Origin: a virus
DNA length: 64,000 bases
Direction: 5' to 3' (one strand)
Virus record (IMG/VR): IMGVR_UViG_3300023174_000141
Span: 12,064 to 76,063 of that record
The translations under genes and the position numbers were made by a program. Positions 8,206 to 17,871 of this stretch are shown here, piece after piece. Under the pieces are notes generated by a model. It ran no database searches. It saw nothing but the letters and a program-made list of their open reading frames with translations, and was not told the origin of the DNA. How positions within the stretch are numbered: position 1 is the first letter of the stretch; every line of letters starts with the position of its first letter.

Positions 8206-9300
8206 ATGAACATCCAGGACCTGCCGCTCCCCCTACGCCTCCGCAACGCCCTCACCAAGGCGGGCTTCAAGACGGACGACGACCTTCGCGACTGGGTCGT
8301 CGAGGCCGACCAGACGAAGAACTTCACCGTCATGGGCGTCGGCGCCACCGGCGTCCGGCAGATCCTCGACTGGGCCGCCGGCGAGAAGACCGCGACGGCG
8401 GCCATCGAGCCGGCGGTCATCGAGCCGCGCACCTTCGGCGAGCTCGCCGACGGCTACGGCACGCTGGAAGAGGCGGTCGCCAAGTCCACCAAGCGCCACG
8501 AGGGCGCAACGACGGGGTCGCAGCGCCACGAAGTCGCCAAGATGGTCGACACGGCCATGCGCGGCGGCCTCGAGCAGCTCGACAGCCGTCGCTCGGACGA
8601 GGAAGCGACGCGGATCCACCGTCGTCAGTTTGACGCGGCCCTCGAGAAGGAGGTTTCGCGCGGCTTGGCGCTGGCGGGAACGGGCAGTTTCGGCGACATG
8701 GCCGCGATGTTCCATGCGACGGGCGGTTCGGTCGACGTCAGGTCGGGCAAGAACGCGCGGAAACTGCTGGCGCTTGACCTCGAGGCCGATATCCAAGCAC
8801 GGATCGCCTCACTTATACCCACTATCAAGGCGCTCCCGCATGTCAAGGAGCTGGGCGTCGAAGTTTCGGCGGAAACGGTGGGTCGAATGGCGCTGATCCG
8901 GGGTCTCGACGCGCTGGATCGCGCTCACGGCGGCGGAAACGGCGCGAAAAAGGGCGAAAACCGCGCAGATCCGGCCGAAAATCGCGAAGATCCGCCCGTG
9001 ATCGCGCCGCCGGAGGACGCGGACGTGCTCGACACGCCCGAGGGCTGGACGAAAGTGGGCCCGAACGAGTCGATTCCCATCCCCGAGGCGGTTCTCCACG
9101 ACTACTACACGCAGAACGGGTGGAATCGGTACTGGGGACGCGTCGACGACCAGGTGATCTACTTCTACTGGAGCCCCGAGAAGCGCCTCCAGGACCTCAA
9201 GCCCTTCCCCGGGACCGACAAGACGGGCCGGCGCATGGCGGAGCAGCAGACGCCGTGGGGTCCGGGGCACGTCGTCCCCACGAAGTGGACCAACAGCTAG
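8206..9300 (+). CDS. protein with N-terminal RNA polymerase alpha-CTD-like (HhH) domain and possible RHH-like segment
   Basis: IQDLPLPLRLRNALTKAGFKTDDDL...GVGATGVRQI parallels the alpha-CTD pattern I.EL.LSVR..N.L..AGI.T..DL...GxGxKS..EI. Confidence 0.7.
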   Translation: MNIQDLPLPLRLRNALTKAGFKTDDDLRDWVVEADQTKNFTVMGVGATGVRQILDWAAGEKTATAAIEPAVIEPRTFGELADGYGTLEEAVAKSTKRHEGATTGSQRHEVAKMVDTAMRGGLEQLDSRRSDEEATRIHRRQFDAALEKEVSRGLALAGTGSFGDMAAMFHATGGSVDVRSGKNARKLLALDLEADIQARIASLIPTIKALPHVKELGVEVSAETVGRMALIRGLDALDRAHGGGNGAKKGENRADPAENREDPPVIAPPEDADVLDTPEGWTKVGPNESIPIPEAVLHDYYTQNGWNRYWGRVDDQVIYFYWSPEKRLQDLKPFPGTDKTGRRMAEQQTPWGPGHVVPTKWTNS

Positions 9301-9303
9301 ACG

Positions 9304-9339
9304 AAGAAAGCCCCGGAGAACCTTTCGGCGCTCCGGGGC
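9304..9339 (-). terminator. intrinsic terminator between convergent genes
   Basis: GCCCCGGAG/CTCCGGGGC stem followed by TTTCTT on the minus strand. Confidence 0.7.
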
Positions 9340-9356
9340 CCCGGCCTGTCAGATGA

Positions 9357-9860
9357 TCAGTCGGCCTTGGCGAGCTGAAGGTAGATGCGGAACGGGGCCA
9401 CGTTCGCCGCCGTCGCCTTGAGCACCGTGATGGTGAGGCTCTCGGGGTCGGTCGCGAACGGGTTGATGGTCTCCGCCGCAGGGTCGTGCGTCGCGATGGC
9501 GCGGGGGGTCTTGTCGGTGTTCACCGCAGCCGCGGTCGGCTGGATGGCCGTCGCGCCGGCGCTGGGGGCCGACTTGCCGACCGTGATGGTGACGTTGCCC
9601 GCCGTCGTCGCCGTGGGGACGATGATCGTGTCGGGGAGCACGCGCACCTTGTAGGGAAGCGTGATCGTGTGGACGGTGCTCGCCACGCTCGCGTTGTCGG
9701 GGATGCTCAGCACGAAGCTGACGTCCGCCGACGCGTTGCTGGCGTCGAGCGCCGAGTTGGTGCCGACGACGAGCGACTGCACCGACTGACCGGTGAAGTG
9801 CTGAGGGATGACCTCGCCGTAGCGAATGAACTTCCGAGTGATCCAGCCGTATGCCGCCAT
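9357..9860 (-). CDS. beta-rich putative virion protein
   Basis: Strong RBS GAGGTAGG. Thr/Ala/Val-rich. Confidence 0.7.
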   Translation of the reverse strand: MAAYGWITRKFIRYGEVIPQHFTGQSVQSLVVGTNSALDASNASADVSFVLSIPDNASVASTVHTITLPYKVRVLPDTIIVPTATTAGNVTITVGKSAPSAGATAIQPTAAAVNTDKTPRAIATHDPAAETINPFATDPESLTITVLKATAANVAPFRIYLQLAKAD

Positions 9861-9939
9861 GACCTACCTCCTAGTGTCCGACCCGAGCGGTATTGCTCGT
9901 GGCTCATGGCAGTGGTACTCTACCGCAAACGGAGTCCCC

Positions 9940-10332
9940 ATGCACGGCAGCATCCTCGTTCTCGCCAAGAAGAAGGCCGCCGGGCCGGGTGGCTACTTCG
10001 ACCCGATGGAGGGCGCCGCGCCGATGGCGATGGGTCCCATGGTCTTCCAGGTCTCCGAGGAGTCCGAGACCGAGGAGCCCGAGGAGAAGGGCGAGTACGA
10101 CGTGAAGACCGCCGACAAGGCGAAGGGCTCCCCGTCGATGGACCTGAAGTCCATCATCGCCGACCTCAAGGCCACCGCGATGAAGCTCGACCAGATCGCC
10201 ATGGGCGGTGAGCTCGGCGCCGAGGACGAGCCCTCCGAGGAGGAGCCGATGGCCGAGGAGGCCCAGGCCCCGGCCCCCAAGGCGAAGAAGTCCGTCCCCG
10301 CCTTCCTCAAGAAGACGGAGATGAAGTACTGA
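9940..10332 (+). CDS. acidic hypothetical protein
   Basis: ATG at 9940 follows GGAG. Extended -10 TGGTACTCT upstream. Confidence 0.7.
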   Translation: MHGSILVLAKKKAAGPGGYFDPMEGAAPMAMGPMVFQVSEESETEEPEEKGEYDVKTADKAKGSPSMDLKSIIADLKATAMKLDQIAMGGELGAEDEPSEEEPMAEEAQAPAPKAKKSVPAFLKKTEMKY

Positions 10333-11084
10333 TGGGTGCGACCGACCCCGAGGTGGCGAAGCGCAACGCGCAGGCGGAGGAGAGGATCAAGAACCTCACC
10401 CTGCCGGCGTTGCGGCCGGAGAGCACCAAGGCGCTCGACGACAACCTCAAGCGCACCGAGGGTCGGTACGACCTCATCAAGACGGTGGCGACCCGCCACG
10501 GCGTCGACCCCGACGAGCTCTACGCGAAGTACGTCATCGAGACGCGTGGCGAGGCGGACCCGGAGAACCCCAAGGTGTCGGGCGCTGGAGCCGCCGGCCC
10601 GTTCCAGCTCATGCCGAACACGCGCAAGGCGTTCGAGCAGGCGGACATCACCGACCCGTTCGAGCGCGATGCGGACGCCGCGGCGCGGCTCATGGCCGAC
10701 ATCCAGCAGCGCAACGACCTCTCGCCCGACGCGCTGTCTGTCGCCTACAACCTGGGAGAGGGGAGCCTGCGCAAGTACGGCGGCGACGCGACGTCCAGCC
10801 TGCCCGGCGAGACGACGAACTACCTCGCGTACTCGCGCTACCTTCGACCGCAGCTCCGCAAGCAGACCATGGACACGGAGCTCGCGCAGGCGGCCTCGAC
10901 GGTCCAGGCACCGAAGTACCGGGAAACCGGCTTCCTCGAGGACGCAGGTCGCATTCTCGCGCGCACGGTGGGTTACAAGTCCAGCGAGACCGACGACGCC
11001 ATCGCAGACTACGACCGCAAGGTCGCCGCGGCCAAGGCCGCCAAGCAGGCCGAGCTCGACCAGCGCTACAAGGAGACCCGATGA
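10332..11084 (+). CDS. lytic transglycosylase (SLT domain)
   Basis: Catalytic IET, S.AGA.GPFQLMP.T, AYNLGEG and ETTNY motifs. Confidence 0.9.
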   Translation: MGATDPEVAKRNAQAEERIKNLTLPALRPESTKALDDNLKRTEGRYDLIKTVATRHGVDPDELYAKYVIETRGEADPENPKVSGAGAAGPFQLMPNTRKAFEQADITDPFERDADAAARLMADIQQRNDLSPDALSVAYNLGEGSLRKYGGDATSSLPGETTNYLAYSRYLRPQLRKQTMDTELAQAASTVQAPKYRETGFLEDAGRILARTVGYKSSETDDAIADYDRKVAAAKAAKQAELDQRYKETR

Positions 11085-11254
11085 TGTACCGCAGCGGCTA
11101 CTACAGCCACCTCGACGCCATGAAGAAGAAGGCGATGCAGGACGACGCTGAGGCCAAGGGGGAGAAGCTCCCTCCGGGCTTCAAGGTCTTCGATCCTTCG
11201 AAGCTCACGCCGAAGCCGGTGGTCAAGGTCGCCGTGAAGATCGGCAAGCAGTAG
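11081..11254 (+). CDS. small basic hypothetical protein
   Basis: Translated by hand: MMYRSGYYSHLDAMKKKAM...KIGKQ. ATGA overlap. Confidence 0.6.
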   Translation: MMYRSGYYSHLDAMKKKAMQDDAEAKGEKLPPGFKVFDPSKLTPKPVVKVAVKIGKQ

Positions 11255-11297
11255 GGCAGGACTTGAGCACCTGACCAGACCGCGGAGACGCGGTCGG

Positions 11298-11369
11298 CGC
11301 CCCGGAAGTCACGACTCCGGGGCGTTTCACGTCAAAGGAAACTGCCGGGAGAGTCACCCCTCCCGGCAG
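11298..11369. terminator. tandem hairpins, probable bidirectional terminator
   Basis: CGCCCCGGA/TCCGGGGCG followed by TTTC, and CTGCCGGGAG/CTCCCGGCAG, between convergent genes. Confidence 0.6.
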
Positions 11370-11499
11370 CCACCACACCAGCACTGAGAACAGAGGACAC
11401 GCCGCGGTTGAACGCTTGCCGACCCGTTGACTCTACAAGCGCACGACCCCGACATGGGTGGTGTATCGCCAGACCGCTACTTGGTCAAGGCGAATCCGT

Positions 11500-12360
11500 C
11501 TACTTGTAGAACTTCGACTCGTCGGCCTGGGCGGCCCGGCGCATCGAGTCCATGATGTCCTTGTAGGAGCGGTTGTCGGTCTGCGCGGTCGACGCCGCAC
11601 GGCTCGGCCCCATGTTCATGAGGTTCATCGCCTCGGGGACGGGCTCGGGCTCCGGGGGAGGAGGCGCGCCGTAGGCCGCGCGCACCATCTTCACCGCCGT
11701 CTCGGGGTCGGTGCCGAAGGTGACCAGGGCGCAGAAGTTGCCGAACGCTTCGTCGTGCTCGTAGACGTCCGACGCCTCGCTCTTCAGCCAGTCCTCCACC
11801 TCGGTGACCGCGGCCTCGATCTGCTGCTCTTCGGCCTGCTTCGCCTGGTACTCGAACGCCTCGAGCCGCTGACGCAGCTCGTCGCGCTCGCGCTCCGCGG
11901 TGCCGTACTTGCCGGTCCACTCATCCGCCGCCTTGCGGACGGACTGGTCGTACTCGTCACGAAGCGTCTGAAGCGCCGCGTCGTGCGCGGCCTTCAGTCG
12001 CTCGATCTCCGCCTGCTTCTCCGCCATCGGGTCGGCGTCGCCGGTGAGCCAGCGCTGGATGCGCTGCTCCTCTTCGCGAAGCTTCGACTCGCGACGGTCG
12101 AGCTCGCGCCGACGCTGCGCCGTCTCCTGGTACGACTTCGTGTAGCCGCGCTCGAAGTTGCGGTACTTCTGCTCGAACCCACGCGTGATGGTGTTGCGCA
12201 TGGGCTCGTCGACGCGGTTGAACCAGTCGGCCTTCGTGAGTGAGTCGAGCTCACCGTTCCAGTCGAACAGACTCGGGGGAGCCTCCTCGGCTGGCTCGGA
12301 CGAAGGCTGGACCTCGGTCTCCTGCGTCTCTGCCTGGACGTTCTCGCTCTCTTCTGCCAC
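11500..12360 (-). CDS. capsid scaffolding protein
   Basis: Acidic N-terminus, long coiled coil, YTKSYQE.A motif, downstream of the portal gene. Confidence 0.7.
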   Translation of the reverse strand: MAEESENVQAETQETEVQPSSEPAEEAPPSLFDWNGELDSLTKADWFNRVDEPMRNTITRGFEQKYRNFERGYTKSYQETAQRRRELDRRESKLREEEQRIQRWLTGDADPMAEKQAEIERLKAAHDAALQTLRDEYDQSVRKAADEWTGKYGTAERERDELRQRLEAFEYQAKQAEEQQIEAAVTEVEDWLKSEASDVYEHDEAFGNFCALVTFGTDPETAVKMVRAAYGAPPPPEPEPVPEAMNLMNMGPSRAASTAQTDNRSYKDIMDSMRRAAQADESKFYK

Positions 12361-12378
12361 GTTGGCCTCCTTGGTGGT

Positions 12379-12894
12379 CTACTTCGTGCCGCCCGCGGGG
12401 GTCGGCTCCATCGGCGGAGGCCCGGCCGGAGGAGCGGACATGCTCCCCTCGGACATGGACTTCCGCATCTTCATGTCCTCGCCGGCGCCGATGTTCTTCT
12501 CGACCTGCATGCGGAGGTTCATGTCGGTAGCGAGCATCTGCCCGATCTGCTCGGGGCTCATGTCGGCGAACTTCGGCATCGCCATCGCGGCGTCAAGGAG
12601 CTGCTGCGCCTTGTCCATCGAGACGTCGAGCATGTCGGCGATGACCGCCGCACCGCCGCCGGCAGCCGGCTCGGTCCCGCCGGTGGAGGGCGTCGCGCCG
12701 CTCTCGCCCATCATCGGGCCGCCAGCCTTCTGCTCGCCAGGTGCGCCCGCGCCAGCAGGCCCCATCTCGCTCATGCCGGCCTCGTCCATGATCGCCTGGA
12801 TCTCGTCGAAGACGGGCTTGGCGTCGCGGCGGGGGATGAACTTGCCGTCGGGCGTGGGAGCGGCCATACCGCCCTGCTTCATGTTCTCGGCCAT
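12379..12894 (-). CDS. Met/Gly/Pro-rich hypothetical protein
   Basis: RBS AGGAGGT, located in the head operon. Confidence 0.75.
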   Translation of the reverse strand: MAENMKQGGMAAPTPDGKFIPRRDAKPVFDEIQAIMDEAGMSEMGPAGAGAPGEQKAGGPMMGESGATPSTGGTEPAAGGGAAVIADMLDVSMDKAQQLLDAAMAMPKFADMSPEQIGQMLATDMNLRMQVEKNIGAGEDMKMRKSMSEGSMSAPPAGPPPMEPTPAGGTK

Positions 12895-12955
12895 GCGGAC
12901 CTCCTAACGTGGTTGAGTGAAACCGGAAGGGTAGAGAGAGGACTGCGCCGGTTCG

Positions 12956-13195
12956 CTAGTCTTCCTGAGTCGGCTGCGCATCCTCGAAGCCCGGCGACGC
13001 CGGCACCATCTCGAACGCGATGCGGTAGTCCCCGCCCGCCATGAGCATGTACTTGTTCGGCACTCGGCGCCGCTCACCGGTTGCCCGGTTCTCGAGGACG
13101 ATCATGTCGTAGCCGGGCATCTCGCCGACGTGGCGGATGGAGCGGCTGTGCTTGCGCGCCGCGTACTGAGCGGCCTTTATGTCGATGGGCTTCAT
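12956..13195 (-). CDS. hypothetical protein
   Basis: ATGA-coupled ORF. Confidence 0.7.
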   Translation of the reverse strand: MKPIDIKAAQYAARKHSRSIRHVGEMPGYDMIVLENRATGERRRVPNKYMLMAGGDYRIAFEMVPASPGFEDAQPTQED

Positions 13196-13671
13196 GCGGT
13201 GGCTCCAGCCTTCTGCGGCTTCGGGGGAGGCAGGTTCTTGCTTTCGGCCACGCGGTGGGCCTCGGCCTTCTTCGCGCTCGCCTCGGCGCGCAGCTCGTCG
13301 GTCGCCTTGCCGGCGATGCCCATCTTGCTGTGGCGCTCGTGGCGGGCGTGGCGCATGGCGTCCAGCCGCGTCTGCTTCTGAGTCTTGCTCTCACTCTCGA
13401 GCTCGATGCGGTGGCCCGGGAAGCGCTTCTCGATGACGCCCTTCATCCGGTCGAAGTCCTCCTTCGTCTCGGCCTTCCCGAGCACGCCCATGTCGATGGG
13501 CGTGAAGCTTCCATGGCCCTGACCGTGGACCGCGGGCGCGAGGCCGTGGCTCCAGTCGACGCGCCGAAGCGCGCCGCAGTCGGGGCAGGCGGGGAACCCC
13601 TCCGACATGCGGTAGTAGACGTTCTCGGTGGTGACCTCGCAGACTGGGCACCTCAGATCTTGCAGCGGCAT
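13192..13671 (-). CDS. FmdB-like zinc-ribbon protein
   Basis: MPLQDLRCPVC...CPDCG. This type is commonly found after the portal gene in podoviruses. Confidence 0.8.
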   Translation of the reverse strand: MPLQDLRCPVCEVTTENVYYRMSEGFPACPDCGALRRVDWSHGLAPAVHGQGHGSFTPIDMGVLGKAETKEDFDRMKGVIEKRFPGHRIELESESKTQKQTRLDAMRHARHERHSKMGIAGKATDELRAEASAKKAEAHRVAESKNLPPPKPQKAGATA

Positions 13672-13686
13672 GGTGGTCTCTCCTGG

Positions 13687-15444
13687 CTAGGCGACAGGCA
13701 CGGGAGTCGGGCCCTGCGAGGCCATCGTGGCCGAAGCGGGGGCCTGCGTCGCGGCCTCGGTGGTCTGGTTGGCTGGAAGCTCCGGCGGCACCGGGGCGCC
13801 CTGGAGCATCGCAGCAAGCTCGGGAGGAATGGCGCCCGGAGGAGGACCACCGGGGGCCCCGCCCTGCGCGGCCTCCATCTGGGCCTGCATCATCATGGCG
13901 GCCTGCTGCTCCTGCGCCTCGAGCTCCTCCTTGGGGACGAGGAGGTTCGTAGAGAGCCCGACGCTCTCGACGAGCTCCTCGATGAGGCGGCGCTTGTTGA
14001 TGTTCGGGTCCTGCATGAGCATCGGGAAGAGCTTGAGCAGGGTCTCGGACATGACGGACGGGTTCTGCCGGATGGGGTTGTAGGACACCATCTGGAAGTT
14101 GCAGTCGACCTCGCGGATGTCGGCGAGCCCGACCTCCTGCCAGCCGTCGTACCCGCTCACCTTCACGAGCTTCTCTTCCTTCATGTACTTCTTGCTGAGG
14201 AAGAAGCACTTCTCGGCGACGTCCTCGAGGGCCGTGTTGATGTGGCCTTCGCGCGTCGCCAGACGGGTGCGCATCTGCGCGTCGATGATCGCCATCTCCG
14301 TCGCGGTGCGGGCGCCAGCCACCTGACCGCGGGCCGCCTCGGCGAGGGCCGAGATGAAGGCCGCGTCGCCTTCCTGGCGAGCGATGAAGTTCTCGACGCC
14401 GACCGGGACCTGCGGCATCGGCATCTCGTAGAACAGCGTCCCGAGCGAGCGGATGCCCTCGGCGTTCGTCGGGCTGACCGGGACGAAGCTGCCGGTGCTG
14501 GCCTCAACCGCCTTGTTGAGATCCTCCTCGGTGATGAGCTCGCTGTTGAACAGGATGCGCGGGATCATCAGGTAGACGATCTGCTTCATGTGCGTGAGCA
14601 GGTCGTTGATGGTCTCCTGCTGGTTCAGAACGAGCTGGACCTCGGAGAGACCGAGGCAGTCCACAGCGCTCTGGTTGAGGCTGAACATCGAGTAGGGGAT
14701 GTACTCGAGGTCCTGCTGGAACACGACGGCGTCGGCCTGGCGGATGTAGTGGACGACCTTGTTCGTCTCGCGGTCGTAGTACTCCCACACCGTCACCCAC
14801 TCGAAGGCGTCGCGCAGGCTGGCCGCGTCGTTGCTCTTGTAGGTGTCGCTGATCCACTTCGGGTAGCGGTCAGGGGTGACGTCGCCGAGCTTCGGGCTCT
14901 TGTAGGCCCCGCTCTTCACCCGGCGCTGAAACTCGGTCCACGGGATGACCGCGGCCTCGAGCCAGTAGCGGATGTCGTCGACGTCGCGCACCGTCTGGTC
15001 GAAGAACACCGCACCCGGCTCCAGCACCCGCACGATGGGGCGGTCGGCCGCGACGTCCCAGCCCACCTTGAACACGCCGCGCTTGCAGAGCACCGCGTCG
15101 ATGAGCGCGGTCGCCGCGCGCCGGCGCATGTTGTTAGCGTCGAAGACGTACTCCATCAGGCCGTTCACCAGGGGCAGCGCGTCCTGGCTCTCGCGGTTGC
15201 GGGGGTTCGCCGCGACCTTCGGGTTCGGCCCGAGGAGCGCGCTCACCGCCGTGTCGGCGATGGCGTAGATCATGTTCTTCGAGCAGAGGAACGACGGGAT
15301 GGCGCCGTCCGCCATGTTCACGTCGTTGCGCGAGGTGTAGAACTCGCCGCGGTAGTACCGACGCGCCTTGTCGAAGTTCTTCTTCTCGGAGCGCTCGTAG
15401 TGGCGCTTGTGGCGGTCGATCAGGTTGGCGAGGTTCATGTCCAC
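13687..15444 (-). CDS. portal protein (P22-like)
   Basis: About 585 aa, directly after the terminase. RRYYRG, DAVLCKRGVFKVGW, ARTATE and Q/P-rich tail. Confidence 0.85.
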   Translation of the reverse strand: MDMNLANLIDRHKRHYERSEKKNFDKARRYYRGEFYTSRNDVNMADGAIPSFLCSKNMIYAIADTAVSALLGPNPKVAANPRNRESQDALPLVNGLMEYVFDANNMRRRAATALIDAVLCKRGVFKVGWDVAADRPIVRVLEPGAVFFDQTVRDVDDIRYWLEAAVIPWTEFQRRVKSGAYKSPKLGDVTPDRYPKWISDTYKSNDAASLRDAFEWVTVWEYYDRETNKVVHYIRQADAVVFQQDLEYIPYSMFSLNQSAVDCLGLSEVQLVLNQQETINDLLTHMKQIVYLMIPRILFNSELITEEDLNKAVEASTGSFVPVSPTNAEGIRSLGTLFYEMPMPQVPVGVENFIARQEGDAAFISALAEAARGQVAGARTATEMAIIDAQMRTRLATREGHINTALEDVAEKCFFLSKKYMKEEKLVKVSGYDGWQEVGLADIREVDCNFQMVSYNPIRQNPSVMSETLLKLFPMLMQDPNINKRRLIEELVESVGLSTNLLVPKEELEAQEQQAAMMMQAQMEAAQGGAPGGPPPGAIPPELAAMLQGAPVPPELPANQTTEAATQAPASATMASQGPTPVPVA

Positions 15445-17087
15445 TCCCGTGCGATGGGCTTGAAGGGGTTCCGCGAGGATGCGCGTTCTTTGTGCTTGAA
15501 GCGGTCGAGGTCTGCGATGGTAACGCGCGGCCCGTCCTCGTGCGGCTCGTAGTCTCGCACGGGAACAGGCTCTTCGTCGCTCGTGAAGCGGCGCCGGCTC
15601 AGGATGTCCGCCGCCATGACCGCGGTGCGCGCCAGGTCGAAGTGGTGCGTCGTGCCGTCGCTGTTGCCGCTGCGCTTGGTCCGGTCGCCGTCGTAGTTGA
15701 TGAGCTGGTGCAGCAGCGTCTTCGACTTCAGCTCGAGCTCACGGTCACGCAGCATGCGGACGAGGCGAGCCTCGCCCTCCTGCACGCGCTTCTCGGTGGC
15801 GTACCAGCCGGGGTGGTTCCGGTCGGTCCAGAGCAGGTTCTTCGCGCCCTTGTCCTTGAGCATCGCGATGCACGCCGCGGCGTTGCTCTCGACGGCGAGG
15901 AGGGCGTTGTTGAAGAAGCGTTGGAGGTTCAGCAGCCGCTCGCTGAAGCGGCCCGGGTCCTCGCGGCCTTCCCACACCGCGACCTCACGACGCTCGATGG
16001 CGTCCCACACCGTCACGGCGCTGTTGTCGCCGACGGCGCCGAAGCCCGCGGGGTCCGCGCACACGAGGTAGGACCGACCCTTGACCGGGCGCTCGAGCAG
16101 GCTCGCGCCCTTGGGCACCGGCTCCGGCGGAACGACCGCGGTGAGCAGGCACTCCTTCAGCACGTCGATGGGCATCACGGGCTGCCCGCTGCCCAGCCAG
16201 CCGTCGTAGGGGTCGCTGGGGTACTTCGACGTGAAGAGGCGCTCGTCGTTGCCCATCTCCGTCTGGAGGGAGAGGCGACGGAACGCCAGGTTGTGGAGGT
16301 CCATGCCCGGGTGGCGGGCCATGTACTCGAGCTCGGTCTCGGTGGGCCGCAGCCCGTGCGGGTCAGCACGGCAGCTCGGGTCGAGCCACCACTCCAGGAA
16401 CACGGGGTGGAAGCGGCCCTTGCCCTCGAGCGCGTTGTGCCACATCGTTTCGTGGTGGCTGCCCGCGGTCCCTGGGGTGGACTCGAGGATGACGCGTGCG
16501 TTGATACGCTTGTTGACGGCGGGGAAGATGTTCGCCGCGGCCTTCCGCTGCCACTGCGCCTCACCGAACTCGGTGAGCAGCAGACGGTCGATGGAGCGAC
16601 CGACCGCGGGGGAGCGTCCGCCAGCCGTCAGCACCTTGATGCCGCCGCCGTGGACGAAGTGGATCTGGGTCGTGCCCGGCTTGCGCCCCGCCTCGACGGG
16701 GACCTTCACGTCGTCGGGCAGGTTCTTGTAGGCGAACAGGATGCGCTCGAAGATGTCCTCAGCGGTGTCCTGCCGCTCGGCGATGAGCACGCCCTTCACG
16801 CCCTCGAGGTACATGCAGTCCCGGAGCAGCAGCATGACGGCCGGCGTCGTGATCTTCGCCTGACGAAACTTGTCGGTCAGCACCCAGCGGTGGTCCGCGC
16901 AGGCTTGGAGGAACTTCATCTGGATGTTCGTCGGCTCGAGGTAGCCGATGGACTCGTCCTCTCGAACGATCTGGCACATCGAGACGAAGGCCCAAGGAGT
17001 CGAGAACATCGCGTGGACCTTCCCCAGGTGAAGGCCCGGCACCTGCGCGATCTTCGCGCCGCCCGGTAGACTTGAGGGTGCGCTCAC
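15435..17087 (-). CDS. terL: terminase large subunit
   Basis: KFRQAKITT (Walker A variant), LLLTEF (Walker B), ILESTP, and nuclease motifs ADPAG...DNS, VESN, HFDL. GTG start after GAGGAG. Confidence 0.9.
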   Translation of the reverse strand: MSAPSSLPGGAKIAQVPGLHLGKVHAMFSTPWAFVSMCQIVREDESIGYLEPTNIQMKFLQACADHRWVLTDKFRQAKITTPAVMLLLRDCMYLEGVKGVLIAERQDTAEDIFERILFAYKNLPDDVKVPVEAGRKPGTTQIHFVHGGGIKVLTAGGRSPAVGRSIDRLLLTEFGEAQWQRKAAANIFPAVNKRINARVILESTPGTAGSHHETMWHNALEGKGRFHPVFLEWWLDPSCRADPHGLRPTETELEYMARHPGMDLHNLAFRRLSLQTEMGNDERLFTSKYPSDPYDGWLGSGQPVMPIDVLKECLLTAVVPPEPVPKGASLLERPVKGRSYLVCADPAGFGAVGDNSAVTVWDAIERREVAVWEGREDPGRFSERLLNLQRFFNNALLAVESNAAACIAMLKDKGAKNLLWTDRNHPGWYATEKRVQEGEARLVRMLRDRELELKSKTLLHQLINYDGDRTKRSGNSDGTTHHFDLARTAVMAADILSRRRFTSDEEPVPVRDYEPHEDGPRVTIADLDRFKHKERASSRNPFKPIAREWT

Positions 17088-17136
17088 GATAGACTCCTCA
17101 CAACCCATGCTATCACGGTATGGCTCGGAGGTCGAC

Positions 17137-17355
17137 ATGGCAGAGAAGTGGATCCAGGGGGCGATCAAGAACCCAGGCGCCCTCCGAGAGAAGCTCGGTG
17201 TGGCGAAGGGCGAGAACATTCCCAAGGGTGAGATCGCCTCGAAGATCTCCGACCTCAAGCAGCAGGCTGAGGGCGACAAGAAGCTCTCCGCGGCCAAGCG
17301 CACCATGCTCAAGCAGCTCGTGCTGGCCCGCACGCTTGGCGAGATGAAGAAGTGA
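17137..17355 (+). CDS. small basic protein
   Basis: KWIQGAIKNPGALREKLG is a motif common in environmental phages. RBS GGAGG. Confidence 0.8.
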   Translation: MAEKWIQGAIKNPGALREKLGVAKGENIPKGEIASKISDLKQQAEGDKKLSAAKRTMLKQLVLARTLGEMKK

Positions 17356-17483
17356 TCGGCACCGACATCCAGAACACCACGCTTCCGAACAAGGCGCCAG
17401 CGAAGGCGGCGCCTGCCGAGGCGAAGCGCGAGATGCTGAAGCGGGTCATCGCCGACAAGGTGAAGCGCCAGTACGGAGGCTGA
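17352..17483 (+). CDS. small basic hypothetical protein
   Basis: GTGA overlap, 43 aa, fills the gap in the operon. Confidence 0.55.
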   Translation: MIGTDIQNTTLPNKAPAKAAPAEAKREMLKRVIADKVKRQYGG

Positions 17484-17484
17484 G

Positions 17485-17871
17485 ATGGCGGACGGGAAGT
17501 ACAGCCACATCAACTTCAAGCCGCCCGCGTCGGTCTCGGCCGCTGCGGTGCGCGGCCTCATGCTGCGCCGCCAGCAGTCGAAGTCCCAGAAGGCTGGCCT
17601 CGACGTGAAGCAGGCCGCGGCGCAGGGCATCGGCTCCGGCGTTCAGCGCGCCTCCGACCTCAAGGCCGGAGCGACGATGAGCCCCGGCACCGTCCGCCGG
17701 ATGAAGGCGTACTTCGACCGTCACGCCAGCGACTACCAGCTCGACGCCGGGAAGTCGCCGAAGGAGGACAAGGGCTACGTCGCCGGCCTCCTCTGGGGCG
17801 GTGACGCAGGCAGGTCCTGGGCCAACAAGGTGGTGCGCCAGATGGAGGCGGCCGACAAGCGGGGGTCGTGA
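17485..17871 (+). CDS. conserved phage head-associated hypothetical protein
   Basis: PP..V..AA.RGL...RM.AYF.RH...G.VA..LWGGDAG.SWA motif. Confidence 0.8.
   Translation: MADGKYSHINFKPPASVSAAAVRGLMLRRQQSKSQKAGLDVKQAAAQGIGSGVQRASDLKAGATMSPGTVRRMKAYFDRHASDYQLDAGKSPKEDKGYVAGLLWGGDAGRSWANKVVRQMEAADKRGS

Noticed and set aside
17088-17630. N-terminal extension of the terminase in the ORF track (731 aa)
   Set aside because: It overlaps real plus-strand genes. A GAGGAG RBS supports the GTG start at 17087.
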